From assembly GCA_963754315.1 (NCBI GenBank), contig CAVWFS010000008.1, positions 224,001-288,000 on the forward strand: a stretch of 64,000 nucleotides of DNA, in the 5' to 3' direction. Below are positions 1 through 10,099 of this stretch, piece after piece. A program made the translations under genes and the position numbers. Each line of letters starts with the position of its first letter. Position 1 is the stretch's first letter. The notes beneath the pieces are model-generated. The model was not told the origin of the DNA and did no database searches. It was given only the letters and a program-made list of their open reading frames with translations. This DNA comes from an uncultured Candidatus Rokubacteria bacterium. GTDB taxonomy: Bacteria > Methylomirabilota > Methylomirabilia > Rokubacteriales > CSP1-6.

Positions 1-1986
1 ACCGGTCTCGGGGTTGACCTCCACCACCGGAACGTGGACGCCGTGGGCCATGATCGGATAGAAGGCACCGAGATCCTTGCGGTCGGCTGAGGGCAGGGTG
101 AGGTAGGGATGATCATAGGTGTGGCGCGCCTCGAGTCCGGATTCCATCCCGGGCGGAAGGTTCAGCTTGAACCAGTAGGCCTTGAGCCCAAGATCGGCGT
201 AGGTCATCGACTTGTCGGGCATGCCTCGGACCATGGCCTTGCCGTCGGCGAAGACGACATCCTCGGGCGCTGCTTCGAACTGGTGGGCCACGATACGCGC
301 CATCTTGTCCTTGAGCTTGCGCGCGGCACCCACGGTGGCCCCCGTCAGCATCACGGCCATGCGACTGCCGCCGGGGCCGGCCCCCGGGAGCCCGTGCTGT
401 GAGTCCTCATAGGTCACGGTAACCTGCGCGGGATCGATCCCGAACTCCTCGGCCGCGGTCTGGGCCACCACCGTCTCCGGGCTATTGCCCCAGAACGGCG
501 AGAACATGGTCGCCACGAATTCGCCCGTGGGGCCGAGGCTCAACCCGACGCTCTCGGGAGCGCTGGACAGTCCAGGGGTGTCGTACCAGAACCAGAACTC
601 GGTGGGCCCGTACACGCTGCGCTGCTGTGCGGTGGCGAGACCAATCCCCACATACCGACCCTGCGCGCGCGCCTGCTGCTGCATTCGGGCGAGGTCGGGC
701 AAGCCTGCCATCTCGATGGCGCGGTCCAGCACAGCTGGATAGTTGCCGCTGTCGTAAATGTTTCCCACGGGCGTCTTGAAGGGAAACCGGGCGGCGTCAA
801 TGAAGTTGCGCCGGCGCAGCTCGACCCGATCCGCACCGAGCTCCTGGGCCGCTGCGTCCACCAGGCGCTCCAGGCAGAAGTTTCCGGCATCGGAGCCCGC
901 TCCGCGGAACACGCCCTGCTGGCACTTGTTGGTCAGCACGCACTGGACGGAATAGGCGACGCTGCCGATGCGATAGGGCCCCGTGACCTGGGCCAGAGCA
1001 TTGCCGTGAGTCCCGTGGCCGAACTGGAAGTAGGCGCCATAGTCGTCGACGACACGCACACGCAGGCTGGTGAACTCACCCTGATCGTTCAGGGCCAGCT
1101 CGGCGTCATAGTAGCGGTCACAGGCGAGGTTCTCCGAAGCGAGCAGGTTGTCGACCCGGTCCTCCATGAACTTCACCGGGCGGTTGGCGCGCTTGGCCAG
1201 CATGCCCGCGATCGCGATCACCTTGGCCAGCACGTGCTTGGAGCCGAAGCTCCCACCCACGTACATCGGGATCAGATTGAGCTTGCTCGCCGGCACCTTG
1301 AGCGTGTTGGCGAGCAGCCAGCCGACGAAGTTGATCATGTTGGTGTTCGACCAGACGTCCATGCGCTGCCCGAGCGGATCGTAGCGACAGACCGCGCCCG
1401 CTGTCTCCAGCGGCTGGGCGCTGGCCCGATGCCAGCGCAGCCGACGCCGGATCACCCGCCGCGCGCGCGAGAAATCCCCGTCGACATCGCCGAACGACAA
1501 GGTCTTCTCGAAGACGAGGTTGTTGGGAAGCGTGTCGTGTATTTTTGGGGCCTCGGCCTGCATCGCCGCGAACGGGTCGGTAAGGGCGGGCAGCGGCTCG
1601 TACTCCACGTCGATGAGAGCAGCGGCGTCCTCGGCCGTGTAGCGATCGACAGCGGCCACCGCCGCCACCGCCTCCCCCGCGAAGCGCACCTTGTCGACCG
1701 CCAGTGCGTACTGCGCCACCGGCTCCGCGCAGAAAGCGGGCAGGGGATTGGTCAAGGCGCGGGCGTCTTCTCCCGAGACCACCGCCCACACACCCGCCAG
1801 CGCGCGCGCCCGGCTCGAATCGACCCTGACGATTCGCGCGTGGGCGTGCGGGCTCCGCAGCACCGCCGCGTGGAGCATGCCCGGCAGCCGCACGTCGTCG
1901 ACATAGGTAGCGCGACCGGCAAGAAGCTTCGGATCCTCGAGCCGCGGAATGTCCTTGCCGATCCAGGTGTATGGGGTTGCGGCCAT
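1..1986 (-). CDS. Xanthine dehydrogenase/CoxL-family molybdopterin-binding large subunit (3' end runs off window)
   Basis: Manual translation from ATG 1986 (SD AGGAGG just upstream): MAATPYTWIGKDIPRLEDPKLLAGRATYVDDVRLPGMLHAAVLRSPHAHARI...; GGSFGSK and TNKCQQGVFRGAG motifs; follows FAD and 2Fe-2S subunit genes. Absent from the ORF track because there is no stop in the window. Confidence 0.92.
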   Translation of the reverse strand, partial: MAATPYTWIGKDIPRLEDPKLLAGRATYVDDVRLPGMLHAAVLRSPHAHARIVRVDSSRARALAGVWAVVSGEDARALTNPLPAFCAEPVAQYALAVDKVRFAGEAVAAVAAVDRYTAEDAAALIDVEYEPLPALTDPFAAMQAEAPKIHDTLPNNLVFEKTLSFGDVDGDFSRARRVIRRRLRWHRASAQPLETAGAVCRYDPLGQRMDVWSNTNMINFVGWLLANTLKVPASKLNLIPMYVGGSFGSKHVLAKVIAIAGMLAKRANRPVKFMEDRVDNLLASENLACDRYYDAELALNDQGEFTSLRVRVVDDYGAYFQFGHGTHGNALAQVTGPYRIGSVAYSVQCVLTNKCQQGVFRGAGSDAGNFCLERLVDAAAQELGADRVELRRRNFIDAARFPFKTPVGNIYDSGNYPAVLDRAIEMAGLPDLARMQQQARAQGRYVGIGLATAQQRSVYGPTEFWFWYDTPGLSSAPESVGLSLGPTGEFVATMFSPFWGNSPETVVAQTAAEEFGIDPAQVTVTYEDSQHGLPGAGPGGSRMAVMLTGATVGAARKLKDKMARIVAHQFEAAPEDVVFADGKAMVRGMPDKSMTYADLGLKAYWFKLNLPPGMESGLEARHTYDHPYLTLPSADRKDLGAFYPIMAHGVHVPVVEVNPETG

Positions 1987-1995
1987 GGTCCCTCC

Positions 1996-2485
1996 TCAGC
2001 TAGCCCTCGCCACTGCGCCCTTGGCGGCGGCGAGGGAGACGGCCTCGATGATGCCCTGATACCCGGTGCAGCGGCAGAGGTTGGCCGAGATGGCTTCACG
2101 AATCTCGGCCTCGCTCGGCGCCGGATTCGCGCGGAGCAGCTCGTAGGCGATCATGAGCATGCCGGGTGTGCAGAAGCCGCACTGGAGCCCCTGCGCCTCC
2201 CGGAAGGCTTCCTGGAGCGGATGCAGACCCTCCGTCGACGCTGAGTCCTTCGACGGTCATGATGTCCGCCCCATCGGCGCCGATGGCCAGCATCAAGCAC
2301 GCTCGGGCCGTCTCGCCGTTCACCATGACCGTGCACGTGCCGCACACACCGTGCTCGCACCCGATATGGGTCCCGGTGAGCCCCAACGTGTCACGGAGGA
2401 CGTCGACCAGGAGCCAGCGCGGCTCCACGGTGAGCTCGTGACGCACGCCATTGACCGTCAGCGCTATGGACTCAGTGGTCGGCAT
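1996..2485 (-). CDS. 2Fe-2S small subunit (CoxS/CutS-like) of Mo-hydroxylase; +1 frameshift near 2228
   Basis: [10 protein letters not shown]...C in frame 1; [22 protein letters not shown]...NLCRCTGY continues in another frame after GGAGGGT, stop TGA at 1996-1998. Confidence 0.9.
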
Positions 2486-2488
2486 GGT

Positions 2489-3361
2489 TCAGGTTCGTCC
2501 TGCCCGCTGGGCCGCCGTTTCGAGCGCTTCGCGCGTGACGTGGCGAGCCAGCTTCTTGCGGAACGCGGCCGAGGCGTGCACATCGGAGGGGGGAGTTGTG
2601 GCAGCGGCCGCCTGATTGGCCGCCTCGTCGAGGGCCTTTCCCTCCACGCGCCCATCAGTGAGGATCTGCTCGGCGGCCGTAGCGCGGATTGGCGTCGGAC
2701 CCGCTCCGCAGAGAACGATCCGGGCGCGCGTGCAGCGGCCGGACGCGTCCAGAGTGACCAGCGCCGACACGCCCACGAGGGCGAAGTCGCCCGCGCGTCG
2801 CGAGATCTCCACAAAGGCCCCACCCGTACGCGGAGGAAGAGCGGGGACACGAATCTCTTCCAGCAACTCGTCGGCCCTCAGGGTTGTGGTGAGGGGGCCC
2901 GCGAAGAATTGGTCCGCGGCAATGGTCCGCCGTCCCTGCCGGCTGGCGGCCACCATCTCGGCACCGAGGGCGACCATGGCGGCCGGGAGCTCCGAGGCGG
3001 GATCGGCATGAGCGAGGTTGCCCCCGACCGTGCCGCGATGGCGGATCGGCAGGTGGCCGATCAGACGGCACGCCTCGGCCAGCATGGGGAAGCGCCCGAC
3101 CACCCCCGCATCTCGTTCGAGGACGTGCTGACGGGTGAGAGCGCCGATGGTGACACCTCCGTCCCCTCCGCGCACATAGGCCAGACTCGCGATCCGGTTG
3201 AGGTCGATCACGATCTCGGGCTGGGCAAGGCGGAAGTTCATGAGCGGGATGAGGCTTTGCCCGCCTGCCAGAAGCTTGGCCCGGTCGCGATACTCACCGA
3301 GCAGGGCCAGCGCGTCCTCCTCGGAGCGCGGGGCCACGTACTCGAAGCGTGGCGGTTTCAT
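2489..3361 (-). CDS. FAD-binding medium subunit (CoxM/CutM-like) of Mo-hydroxylase
   Basis: MKPPRFEY..., LAGGQSLIP, IRHRGTVGGNLAHADPASE, RRAGDFA motifs. Confidence 0.93.
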   Translation of the reverse strand: MKPPRFEYVAPRSEEDALALLGEYRDRAKLLAGGQSLIPLMNFRLAQPEIVIDLNRIASLAYVRGGDGGVTIGALTRQHVLERDAGVVGRFPMLAEACRLIGHLPIRHRGTVGGNLAHADPASELPAAMVALGAEMVAASRQGRRTIAADQFFAGPLTTTLRADELLEEIRVPALPPRTGGAFVEISRRAGDFALVGVSALVTLDASGRCTRARIVLCGAGPTPIRATAAEQILTDGRVEGKALDEAANQAAAATTPPSDVHASAAFRKKLARHVTREALETAAQRAGRT

Positions 3362-3388
3362 GACGTCCTCCGCGTGTGAGGTGGCGCG

Positions 3389-3418
3389 AGCTTAGGAAGG
3401 TCGAGGGCCACCTGTCAA
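3389..3418 (-). promoter_or_regulatory. Putative sigma70 promoter of the Mo-hydroxylase operon
   Basis: Minus strand TTGACA (3418-3413) - 18 nt - TAAGCT (3394-3389), then GGAGG SD before ATG 3361. Confidence 0.6.
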
Positions 3419-3430
3419 GCGGGCCGGGGA

Positions 3431-4588
3431 TCAGACGAAGGTGAGGGGCTCGATGACCGCCTCCCCGCGGGTGAAACGGTCGAGGCTGAGCGCAGAGATT
3501 TCGAGAGTGCTCGTGTGGCCATCGGCGATCAACTCGGCCATGAGCTGGCCGGCGATCGGCCCGTGCATGAAGCCGTGGCCGCTGAAGCCGGCGATCACGA
3601 AGAGGCCGTCTACGCCGGCCACGCCGCTCACGATGCCGGTCTGGTCCGGCGTCATCTCGTAGAGCCCGACCCACCCCCGCATGAGCTGGGCCTCGGCCAG
3701 CACAGGAGCGCGATGGACGGCGCGCTCCACGAGCGGGGCGGCGAGGCTCCAGTCCACGTCCGTGTTGAAGGCGCTGGCCTCGTCGGCCCGTCCGACGCCG
3801 AGCAGGATGCCGTCGCCCTCCCGCCGCATGGAAATGCCGAGGTGCGGGTCGATGATGAACGGAGTTGCTCGGGGAATCTTCTCCGTCGGGAAGGGAGCGG
3901 TGACGAACTTGTGACGTCGGCGGGGAGAAACGGGAATGTCGACACCGGCGAGGCGTCCCACCATCCCTGACCAGGGACCGGCCGCGATGACGACGACCGG
4001 CGCTTCGATGGGACCGCGCGCCGTCAGTACGCTCGTCACCCTCGACCCCACTCGCACCACGCCGACGACCTCTTCATGCTGGCGGATACTGACCCCCAGT
4101 TCGCGCGCACGGCCAGCAATGGCCGTGGTGCAGAGGTAGGGATCGGCATAGCCATCGCGCGGCGAGAAGGTCGCGGCCCGAAGGTCATGAGTGTTGAGAT
4201 ACGGGAACCGTGCGCGGGTCTCCTCGGGGGTCAGGGTGAGCACCTCCACCCCCAGGCTGCGTTGCAGGGCGACGCTGCGCGCGGCCACCTCCTGCTCGTC
4301 AGCAGTGGTGACCAGGAGTAGGTATCCGTGCTGGCGAAACTGAGGATCCACTCCGAACTCATCGGCAAAACCCTCATAGGTCACGATGCTTCGGGTGGTC
4401 AGCTCGATCCCGATCCGGTTCGCGTATTGGTGTCGGATACCACCGCTGGCCAGCGCCGTGGAGCCGGAGCACACCGTCTCGCGCTCGAGAACGACGATCG
4501 TTCCGATCCGACGTCGCGCCAGGTGATAGGCCGTGCTGGCACCCATGATACCGGCGCCCACGATGATGACGTCTGCCGTCTCAGCCAT
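3431..4588 (-). CDS. FAD-dependent oxidoreductase, DAO/sarcosine oxidase beta-like
   Basis: VIIVGAGIMGASTA Rossmann motif, GSTALASGGIR, YEMTPD, GFSGHGFMHGP. Confidence 0.9.
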   Translation of the reverse strand: MAETADVIIVGAGIMGASTAYHLARRRIGTIVVLERETVCSGSTALASGGIRHQYANRIGIELTTRSIVTYEGFADEFGVDPQFRQHGYLLLVTTADEQEVAARSVALQRSLGVEVLTLTPEETRARFPYLNTHDLRAATFSPRDGYADPYLCTTAIAGRARELGVSIRQHEEVVGVVRVGSRVTSVLTARGPIEAPVVVIAAGPWSGMVGRLAGVDIPVSPRRRHKFVTAPFPTEKIPRATPFIIDPHLGISMRREGDGILLGVGRADEASAFNTDVDWSLAAPLVERAVHRAPVLAEAQLMRGWVGLYEMTPDQTGIVSGVAGVDGLFVIAGFSGHGFMHGPIAGQLMAELIADGHTSTLEISALSLDRFTRGEAVIEPLTFV

Positions 4589-5051
4589 CGGCGGGTGCGG
4601 CGAGAAGCTCCTCCGCGATGCGCTTGACGTCGCTCGCTTCGACCTGCCCCTTGTGTGTCTTCATGACGTCGCCGACGACCTTGCCTACCTGCTTGGTGTC
4701 GGTGATGCCCAGCGTGCGCAGGCGCTCCTGGACGAGCGCGCGCAACGCGACCACGTCCATCGACGTCGGCAGATAGTGCTCGCAGAAGGCGATCTCGGCG
4801 CGAAGCTGGGCCGCCTGCTCGAGACCCCGTTCGCCGACCCTTTCGAACTCCCCCAGTGCCTTCTGCAGTTGCTTGCGATAGGCGCCAATGACGTCCAGAA
4901 GCAAGGCGTCGTCCACCGCCCCCGAGAATCCCTTCGCCGTCGTTCGTTCGCTCAACTTGGTCTTGATCATGCGGACGACGTTGGCAGTCCCGATGTCCTT
5001 GTCCTTGATGGCCTGCCGGAGCGTCTCGTTGAGGGTCTCCAGAATCGTCAT
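4581..5051 (-). CDS. GatB/YqeY domain protein
   Basis: Helical 156 aa; AIKDKD...RMIK, YLP, VGKVVGDVMK pattern typical of YqeY. Confidence 0.85.
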   Translation of the reverse strand: MTILETLNETLRQAIKDKDIGTANVVRMIKTKLSERTTAKGFSGAVDDALLLDVIGAYRKQLQKALGEFERVGERGLEQAAQLRAEIAFCEHYLPTSMDVVALRALVQERLRTLGITDTKQVGKVVGDVMKTHKGQVEASDVKRIAEELLAAPADG

Positions 5052-5494
5052 GGTCCGACGGATGTGTCGGGGGCCATGCGGTGTCGCCGCAAGACCTTTG
5101 CGATCGATTCACCGGTGAAGCCGAGCTGGAGAAGGGCGGTCCCCATGTCGAAGTACTCGCGATAGCTGGCGATGAGGCCGTGCTCCAGCTCGAAAATACT
5201 CATGCCGGGGAAACGGACGAGGCGGCCGGCACTGCGGGGCACCGCGTTGGTGACCGTGTAGCTGAATGTCCACTCGGCGGCGGCCAGCGCCCCATGCTCC
5301 ACGATTCGCTCCATGCACCACCGATACCCCTGTCCTTCGTGAAACATGCGCTCGAACATCGCCCGAAGCCTACCCTGGCCGGTGTGGCTGCCGTAGAACG
5401 TGTCGACGTAGGTCGCGTCCTCCGCGAAGCAGCCGAGGAGGGCGGGAATGTTGGCTGCGTTGAATGCTGTCTCGAATGCCCGTACGACGCTCAT
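5048..5494 (-). CDS. SnoaL-like/NTF2-family protein
   Basis: FAEDATYVD, G.SIFEL..GLIASYREYFD. Confidence 0.85.
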   Translation of the reverse strand: MSVVRAFETAFNAANIPALLGCFAEDATYVDTFYGSHTGQGRLRAMFERMFHEGQGYRWCMERIVEHGALAAAEWTFSYTVTNAVPRSAGRLVRFPGMSIFELEHGLIASYREYFDMGTALLQLGFTGESIAKVLRRHRMAPDTSVGP

Positions 5495-5509
5495 GCGGGT
5501 ATCCTCAGT

Positions 5510-5825
5510 TTATAGTGGGGGGCCTCGACTTATAGTGGGGGGCCTCGACGGCCCCCCAGCCCCCCCGTGCTCGGGACGCCCCGGGGGACCCGTGGCGCCC
5601 CTCGATGTCACGCAATCTGCTGGGGGCCTCGACGGCCCCCCAGCCCCCCGTGCTCGGGACGCCCCGGGGGACCCGTGGCGCCCCTCGATATCACGCAATC
5701 AGCTGGGGCCTCGACGCCCCCCCCTTGCTCGGGATGCCCCGAGGACCCGTGGCGCCCTCTATATCACGAAATCTGCTGGGGCCTCGACGGCCCCCCCCTT
5801 GCTCAAGACGCCCCGGGGACCCGAG
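5510..5825. repeat. Tandem cluster (4 units, periods ~84/82/73 bp) of two-hairpin palindromic REP-like repeat
   Basis: GGGGGCC-TCGAC-GGCCCCC followed by GCTCGGGACGCCCCGGGGGACCCGTGGCGCCCCTCGAT; units anchored at 5541, 5625, 5707, 5780; exact 20-bp duplication at 5510-5529/5530-5549. Confidence 0.9.
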
Positions 5826-5913
5826 ACACTCCCTTAATGTGTTTAGATGATGCACGATAGATGGGCTAGCGTGCCAGCAAAGCGTGTTGCGGGCGCGCGA
5901 GAGGGGGGCGGCC

Positions 5914-6825
5914 ATGCGCTGGAGGCGAGGCGGGCAGAGCCAGGACGTGGAGGATCGCCGCGGAACCAGCCCCGGAGGCGGATTCGGAGGCCGGATTCCT
6001 GGCGGGGGAATGGGAATAGGCCTGGGTGGGGTCGTGATTCTTCTGGTACTCAGCCTGGTTTTCGGCCAGAACTTCTTCGCGGTTCTGGAACCGGGGGCGC
6101 CGACGGCCCCGGCCCCGGGAATGGCTCCCACGCCGCAGGCGAAGCCCGCCGACCAGGAGGAGCTGGCTGACTTCGTGGCGTTCGTGGTCGACGACGTGCA
6201 GGACATGTGGACGCGGGAGTTTCAGAAGTCCCGACGCGAGTACGCGCGGGCGAAGTTGGTGCTGTTCACCGATGCCGTCCGCTCGGGCTGTGGCTTCGCG
6301 GAGGCGGCCATGGGCCCCTTCTACTGTCCACTCGATGGCAAGGTGTACGTCGACCTCGGCTTCTATCGGGAACTGAAGCAGCGCTTCGGGGCACCGGGCG
6401 ACTTCGCCCAGGCGTACGTGATCGCCCACGAAGTGGGGCACCACGTGCAGAATCTCCTTGGGATCTCCGAGAAGATCCGCCACACGCAGGAGGCACGTCC
6501 CGATGCCGCCAACGCGCTGTCCATCCGGCTCGAGCTGCAGGCCGATTGTCTGGCTGGCATGTGGGCCCGCTCTTCCGGCGAGCGTGACCTTCTCGAAGAG
6601 GGCGACCTCGAAGAGGGCCTTGGTGCGGCCGCCGCCGTAGGGGACGATCGCATCCAGAAGCGCATGACCGGTCAGATCAATCCCGAGCGGTGGACACACG
6701 GATCAGCTCAGCAGCGCGTAGCCTGGTTCAAGCGTGGCCTCGCCACGGGCCGGATTCAGGACTGCGACACGTTCCGGACGTCGTTGCCCGGCATCGATGA
6801 ACAGGGTCGTGGCCGGCGCCGCTAG
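5914..6825 (+). CDS. Neutral zinc metallopeptidase (YpfJ-like)
   Basis: MRW...S.DVEDRRG N-terminus, TM helix, [15 protein letters not shown] (HExxH), ELQADC, THGS. Confidence 0.92.
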   Translation: MRWRRGGQSQDVEDRRGTSPGGGFGGRIPGGGMGIGLGGVVILLVLSLVFGQNFFAVLEPGAPTAPAPGMAPTPQAKPADQEELADFVAFVVDDVQDMWTREFQKSRREYARAKLVLFTDAVRSGCGFAEAAMGPFYCPLDGKVYVDLGFYRELKQRFGAPGDFAQAYVIAHEVGHHVQNLLGISEKIRHTQEARPDAANALSIRLELQADCLAGMWARSSGERDLLEEGDLEEGLGAAAAVGDDRIQKRMTGQINPERWTHGSAQQRVAWFKRGLATGRIQDCDTFRTSLPGIDEQGRGRRR

Positions 6826-6870
6826 GGCCGGGTGCGGAGGTGACGCCGGCCGCGTATACTGCACGATCGT

Positions 6871-7659
6871 ATGACCGTTCGCAAAGCCTTGACCATCGCC
6901 GGGTCGGACTCCGGCGGCGGTGCCGGCATCCAGGCGGATCTGAAGACATTCTCGGCTTTTCAGGTCTTCGGCATGTCCGTGCTCACCGCCCTCACCGCCC
7001 AAAATTCCCTGGGTGTTCACGGGGTCGTCAACCTCGAACCATCCTTTGTGGCCAGGCAGATCGATGTCGTCCTCGACGACTTCGGTGCTGACGCGGTGAA
7101 GATCGGAATGCTGTCCACCGCACCAATCGTGGGAGCGGTGGCGGAGCGGTTGCGCGCTCATCGGAAGAACCACATCGTGCTTGACCCCGTCATGATCGCT
7201 AAGTCCGGCGACCCGTTGCTCCAACCCGATGCCCGCCACGCCCTCGTAGCCGAGATGCTGCCGCTCGCCGACGTGGTCACGCCCAATCTTCACGAGGCAG
7301 CGGCCCTGGCCGAGATGCCCGTGAGTGACGAGACGGAGATGGAAGAAGCGGCCCGGCGCATCGCGGCCCGCGGGCCGCGTCACGTGCTGGTCAAGGGTGG
7401 CCACCTCAAGCACTCCGCCACCGATCTGTTGTGGGACGGGCGCACGCTGACTCGATTCCCCGCTCCCCGGATCGAGTCCGCGTCGACGCACGGAACGGGT
7501 TGCACCTTTTCTGCGGCCATCGCGGCCGGTCTGGCGCGTGGGCGGCCGCTGACCGACGCCGTGCGCGAGGCCAAGGCCTACGTGACGGCCGCCATTCGGG
7601 AAGGATTTCAGGTCGGGCACGGTGTGGGAGTCCTCCGCCATTTCGTGACGAGCTGGTAG
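6871..7659 (+). CDS. thiD: Hydroxymethylpyrimidine/phosphomethylpyrimidine kinase
   Basis: [43 protein letters not shown]. Confidence 0.96.
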   Translation: MTVRKALTIAGSDSGGGAGIQADLKTFSAFQVFGMSVLTALTAQNSLGVHGVVNLEPSFVARQIDVVLDDFGADAVKIGMLSTAPIVGAVAERLRAHRKNHIVLDPVMIAKSGDPLLQPDARHALVAEMLPLADVVTPNLHEAAALAEMPVSDETEMEEAARRIAARGPRHVLVKGGHLKHSATDLLWDGRTLTRFPAPRIESASTHGTGCTFSAAIAAGLARGRPLTDAVREAKAYVTAAIREGFQVGHGVGVLRHFVTSW

Positions 7660-7666
7660 GGCCTGA

Positions 7667-8515
7667 GTGCTCCCGTTCAAGCGTAGCGCGCCGGCCGCCG
7701 ATCCCGAGGGCCGGATGTCATTCATGGAGCACCTCGGCGAGCTGCGGACGCGGATCGTGCGGAGTCTGCTCGCGTTGCTCGTCGGTCTGCTGGTCACCTT
7801 TCCCTTCGCCGAGAAAATCGTCGACTACCTGGCCCGGCCTATCAAGAAGATGGGGTACACGCTGATCTTCACATCGCCTACCGAGGCCTTCTGGGTCCAG
7901 ATGAAGGTGGCCCTGATCGCGGCGCTGTTCGTGGCCTCCCCCGGTATCCTCTGGCAGGTGTGGCGCTTCGTGGAGCCGGGGCTGCACCCGACGGAGAGGA
8001 AGTACGCGGTGCCCTTCATCCTCATCGGCTCTCTCATGTTCATCGGAGGCGGGGCCTTTTCCTTGCTCGTGGTCACCCCCTTTGCCCTGAACTTTCTCTT
8101 GAGTTATGCGCGGCCGGGGCTCACCCCCATGATCACCCTGCAGAACCACGTCGACTTTCTCCTGAAATTCACCCTCGCCTTTGGCGCCGTCTTCGAATTG
8201 CCGCTTCTGATCACCCTGCTCACGCGCATGGGCGTGGTCACGACGAAGACGCTCGCGAAGAACCGCAAGTATGCGATCCTGGGTGCCTTCATCATCAGCG
8301 CGGTCCTGACTCCGACTCCCGACATCTTCAATCAGACGCTGATGGCGGGCCCGCTTATCCTGCTCTATGAGGTCGGTATTCTCTCGTCTCGCCTCTTTGG
8401 CCGCCGGCCGACCAAGCCCTCGCCCGGATCGTCGAATGGCCAGCCGCCGTCCGGAGCGCCAGCGCCGGAGGCGTCCCCGGCCACCCCCGCCGACCGGACG
8501 GGACTTCAACCATGA
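7667..8515 (+). CDS. tatC: Twin-arginine translocase subunit TatC
   Basis: MSFMEHLGELRTR, SPTEAF, WRFVEPGL...E, FELP, LTPTPD, LYE; multiple TM segments. Confidence 0.96.
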   Translation: MLPFKRSAPAADPEGRMSFMEHLGELRTRIVRSLLALLVGLLVTFPFAEKIVDYLARPIKKMGYTLIFTSPTEAFWVQMKVALIAALFVASPGILWQVWRFVEPGLHPTERKYAVPFILIGSLMFIGGGAFSLLVVTPFALNFLLSYARPGLTPMITLQNHVDFLLKFTLAFGAVFELPLLITLLTRMGVVTTKTLAKNRKYAILGAFIISAVLTPTPDIFNQTLMAGPLILLYEVGILSSRLFGRRPTKPSPGSSNGQPPSGAPAPEASPATPADRTGLQP

Positions 8516-10099
8516 TCGACTTCAGTGCTCTGGACCTGCCGGCGACCGATCACGCAAGGTATCCGGCAAGCGGGATTCGTGACCACCACACCCATCCAGG
8601 AGGCGGCCCTCCCCCTCGCCCTCAAGGGCAAGGACGTCGCTGGTCAGTCCCAGACCGGCACCGGAAAGACGGCGGCCTTCCTCATCGCCGGCTTCACGCG
8701 GTTGCTCCAATCCCCAGGCCCTGCTCCGGGTGTGGGCACCGCGCCGCGCATGCTCGTGATCGCTCCCACCCGGGAGCTGGTCGTGCAGATCGAGGCAGAT
8801 GCGCACATTCTCGGCGCCTTCACGCCATTCAGGACCCTGGCCGTGTACGGAGGCATCGACTACAACAGGCAGCGCGACGCGCTCACCGCCGGCGCGGACG
8901 TCCTGGTGGGGACTCCTGGGCGCCTCATCGACTACATGAAGCAGCACATCTGGTCCCCGCGGCGGGTGGAGGTGCTGGTCGTCGACGAGGCGGACCGCAT
9001 GTTCGACATGGGGTTCATTGCCGACCTGCGCTTCATTCTTCGGCGGCTGCCGCCTCCTGAGAAGCGCCAGTCGTTCCTCTTCTCGGCCACCCTCTCCTTC
9101 CGCGTGCTGGAGCTGACGTGGGAGTTCATGAACAACCCCGCCCAGATCACCATCACGCCCGAGCAGAAGACGGTCGACAGCGTGGAGCAGCTGCTCTACC
9201 ACGCGGGACGGGAGGAGAAGTTCAACCTGCTCCTGGGAATCCTGCGGCGCGAAGGTGGGGAGCGAATCCTCATCTTCAGCAACACCCGCGAGGAGGCGAG
9301 GCGGCTGGAGGATCGTCTCACTCGTAACGGGTGGCAGGCGCGTGCCCTGACGGGTGACGTCGAGCAGAGGCGGCGGCTCAGGATCCTGAACGACTTCAAG
9401 GAGGGCAAGCTGCCCGTGCTGGTCGCCTCCGATGTCGCTTCGCGCGGCCTTCACATCGAAGCGGTCAGCCACGTGATCAACTGGGACCTTCCGCAGGATC
9501 CGGAGGACTACCTGCACCGCATCGGGCGTACCGCCCGGGCCGGAGCGGCCGGCAAGGCCATCAGCCTGGTAGACGAGGCGAGTGCGCTCAATCTCGAGGC
9601 TATCGAGAAGTTCCTCAGTCAGAAGATCCCGGTGATATGGGCAGAGGACGATCTGTTCGCCGAGGAGATTAAGCCCACGGCCGAGGAGCGACGCCGCTAT
9701 GCCGAGGAACGGCGCGCACGTCTGGATGCCCGCGGGCGGCGCGACGGCGGGCGAACGCATCCGGGAAAACCAGGCGAGCGCCGAGAGCGCCGCGACAGCT
9801 CTCGTCCATCCGGGTCAGGACCACGCGGCGATCACCGGCCAGATACGACGCCGGCGCGCGAGGAGAGGAAGCCGGAGCGATCCGCCCGCCGCGATGACCG
9901 GCGCCCGGAAAGCGTTGGGCCAAGGGCCGAATCGCGCGTCCGTTTCGAGGTCGTGCCGCTCGGCGAGCCCTTGCAGCCCGTGCCACCGCCACCAGCCCCG
10001 CCGCCGGGTCAAACGTCGTCGGAGTCGCCCGCCCCGTCCCGGCGCCGTCGGCCACGCCGTCGCCGCCGTCGCTCGCCGGGCCCACCCCCAGAATCGTGA
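8512..10099 (+). CDS. DEAD-box RNA helicase (RhlB/RhlE-like) with R-rich tail; +1 frameshift near 8545
   Basis: MIDFSALDLPA (ATGA overlap with tatC stop) joins PITQGIRQAGF..TPIQ; QTGTGKT, PTREL, TPGRL, DEAD, SAT, HRIGRTAR. Confidence 0.93.

Noticed and set aside
1..3361. Aerobic CO dehydrogenase
   Set aside because: The large subunit lacks the AYxCSFR loop (it has GVFRGAG).
1006..3379. Long plus-strand ORFs (412 aa, 408 aa) and similar antisense ORFs throughout the window
   Set aside because: Shadow ORFs opposite well-supported genes, expected in high-GC DNA; they have no recognisable motifs.
5510..5825. CRISPR array (also considered for the 21.9, 51.6 and 56.8 kb clusters)
   Set aside because: Sequence between the hairpins is itself repeated rather than unique spacers, unit lengths vary, and no cas genes are present.
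5510..5860. Pro/Gly-rich ORFs over the repeat clusters
   Set aside because: Translations of GC-rich repeats in several frames with no start signals.
6826..6870. TPP riboswitch before thiD
   Set aside because: Only 45 bp intergenic and no TPP aptamer core (CUGAGA) seen.
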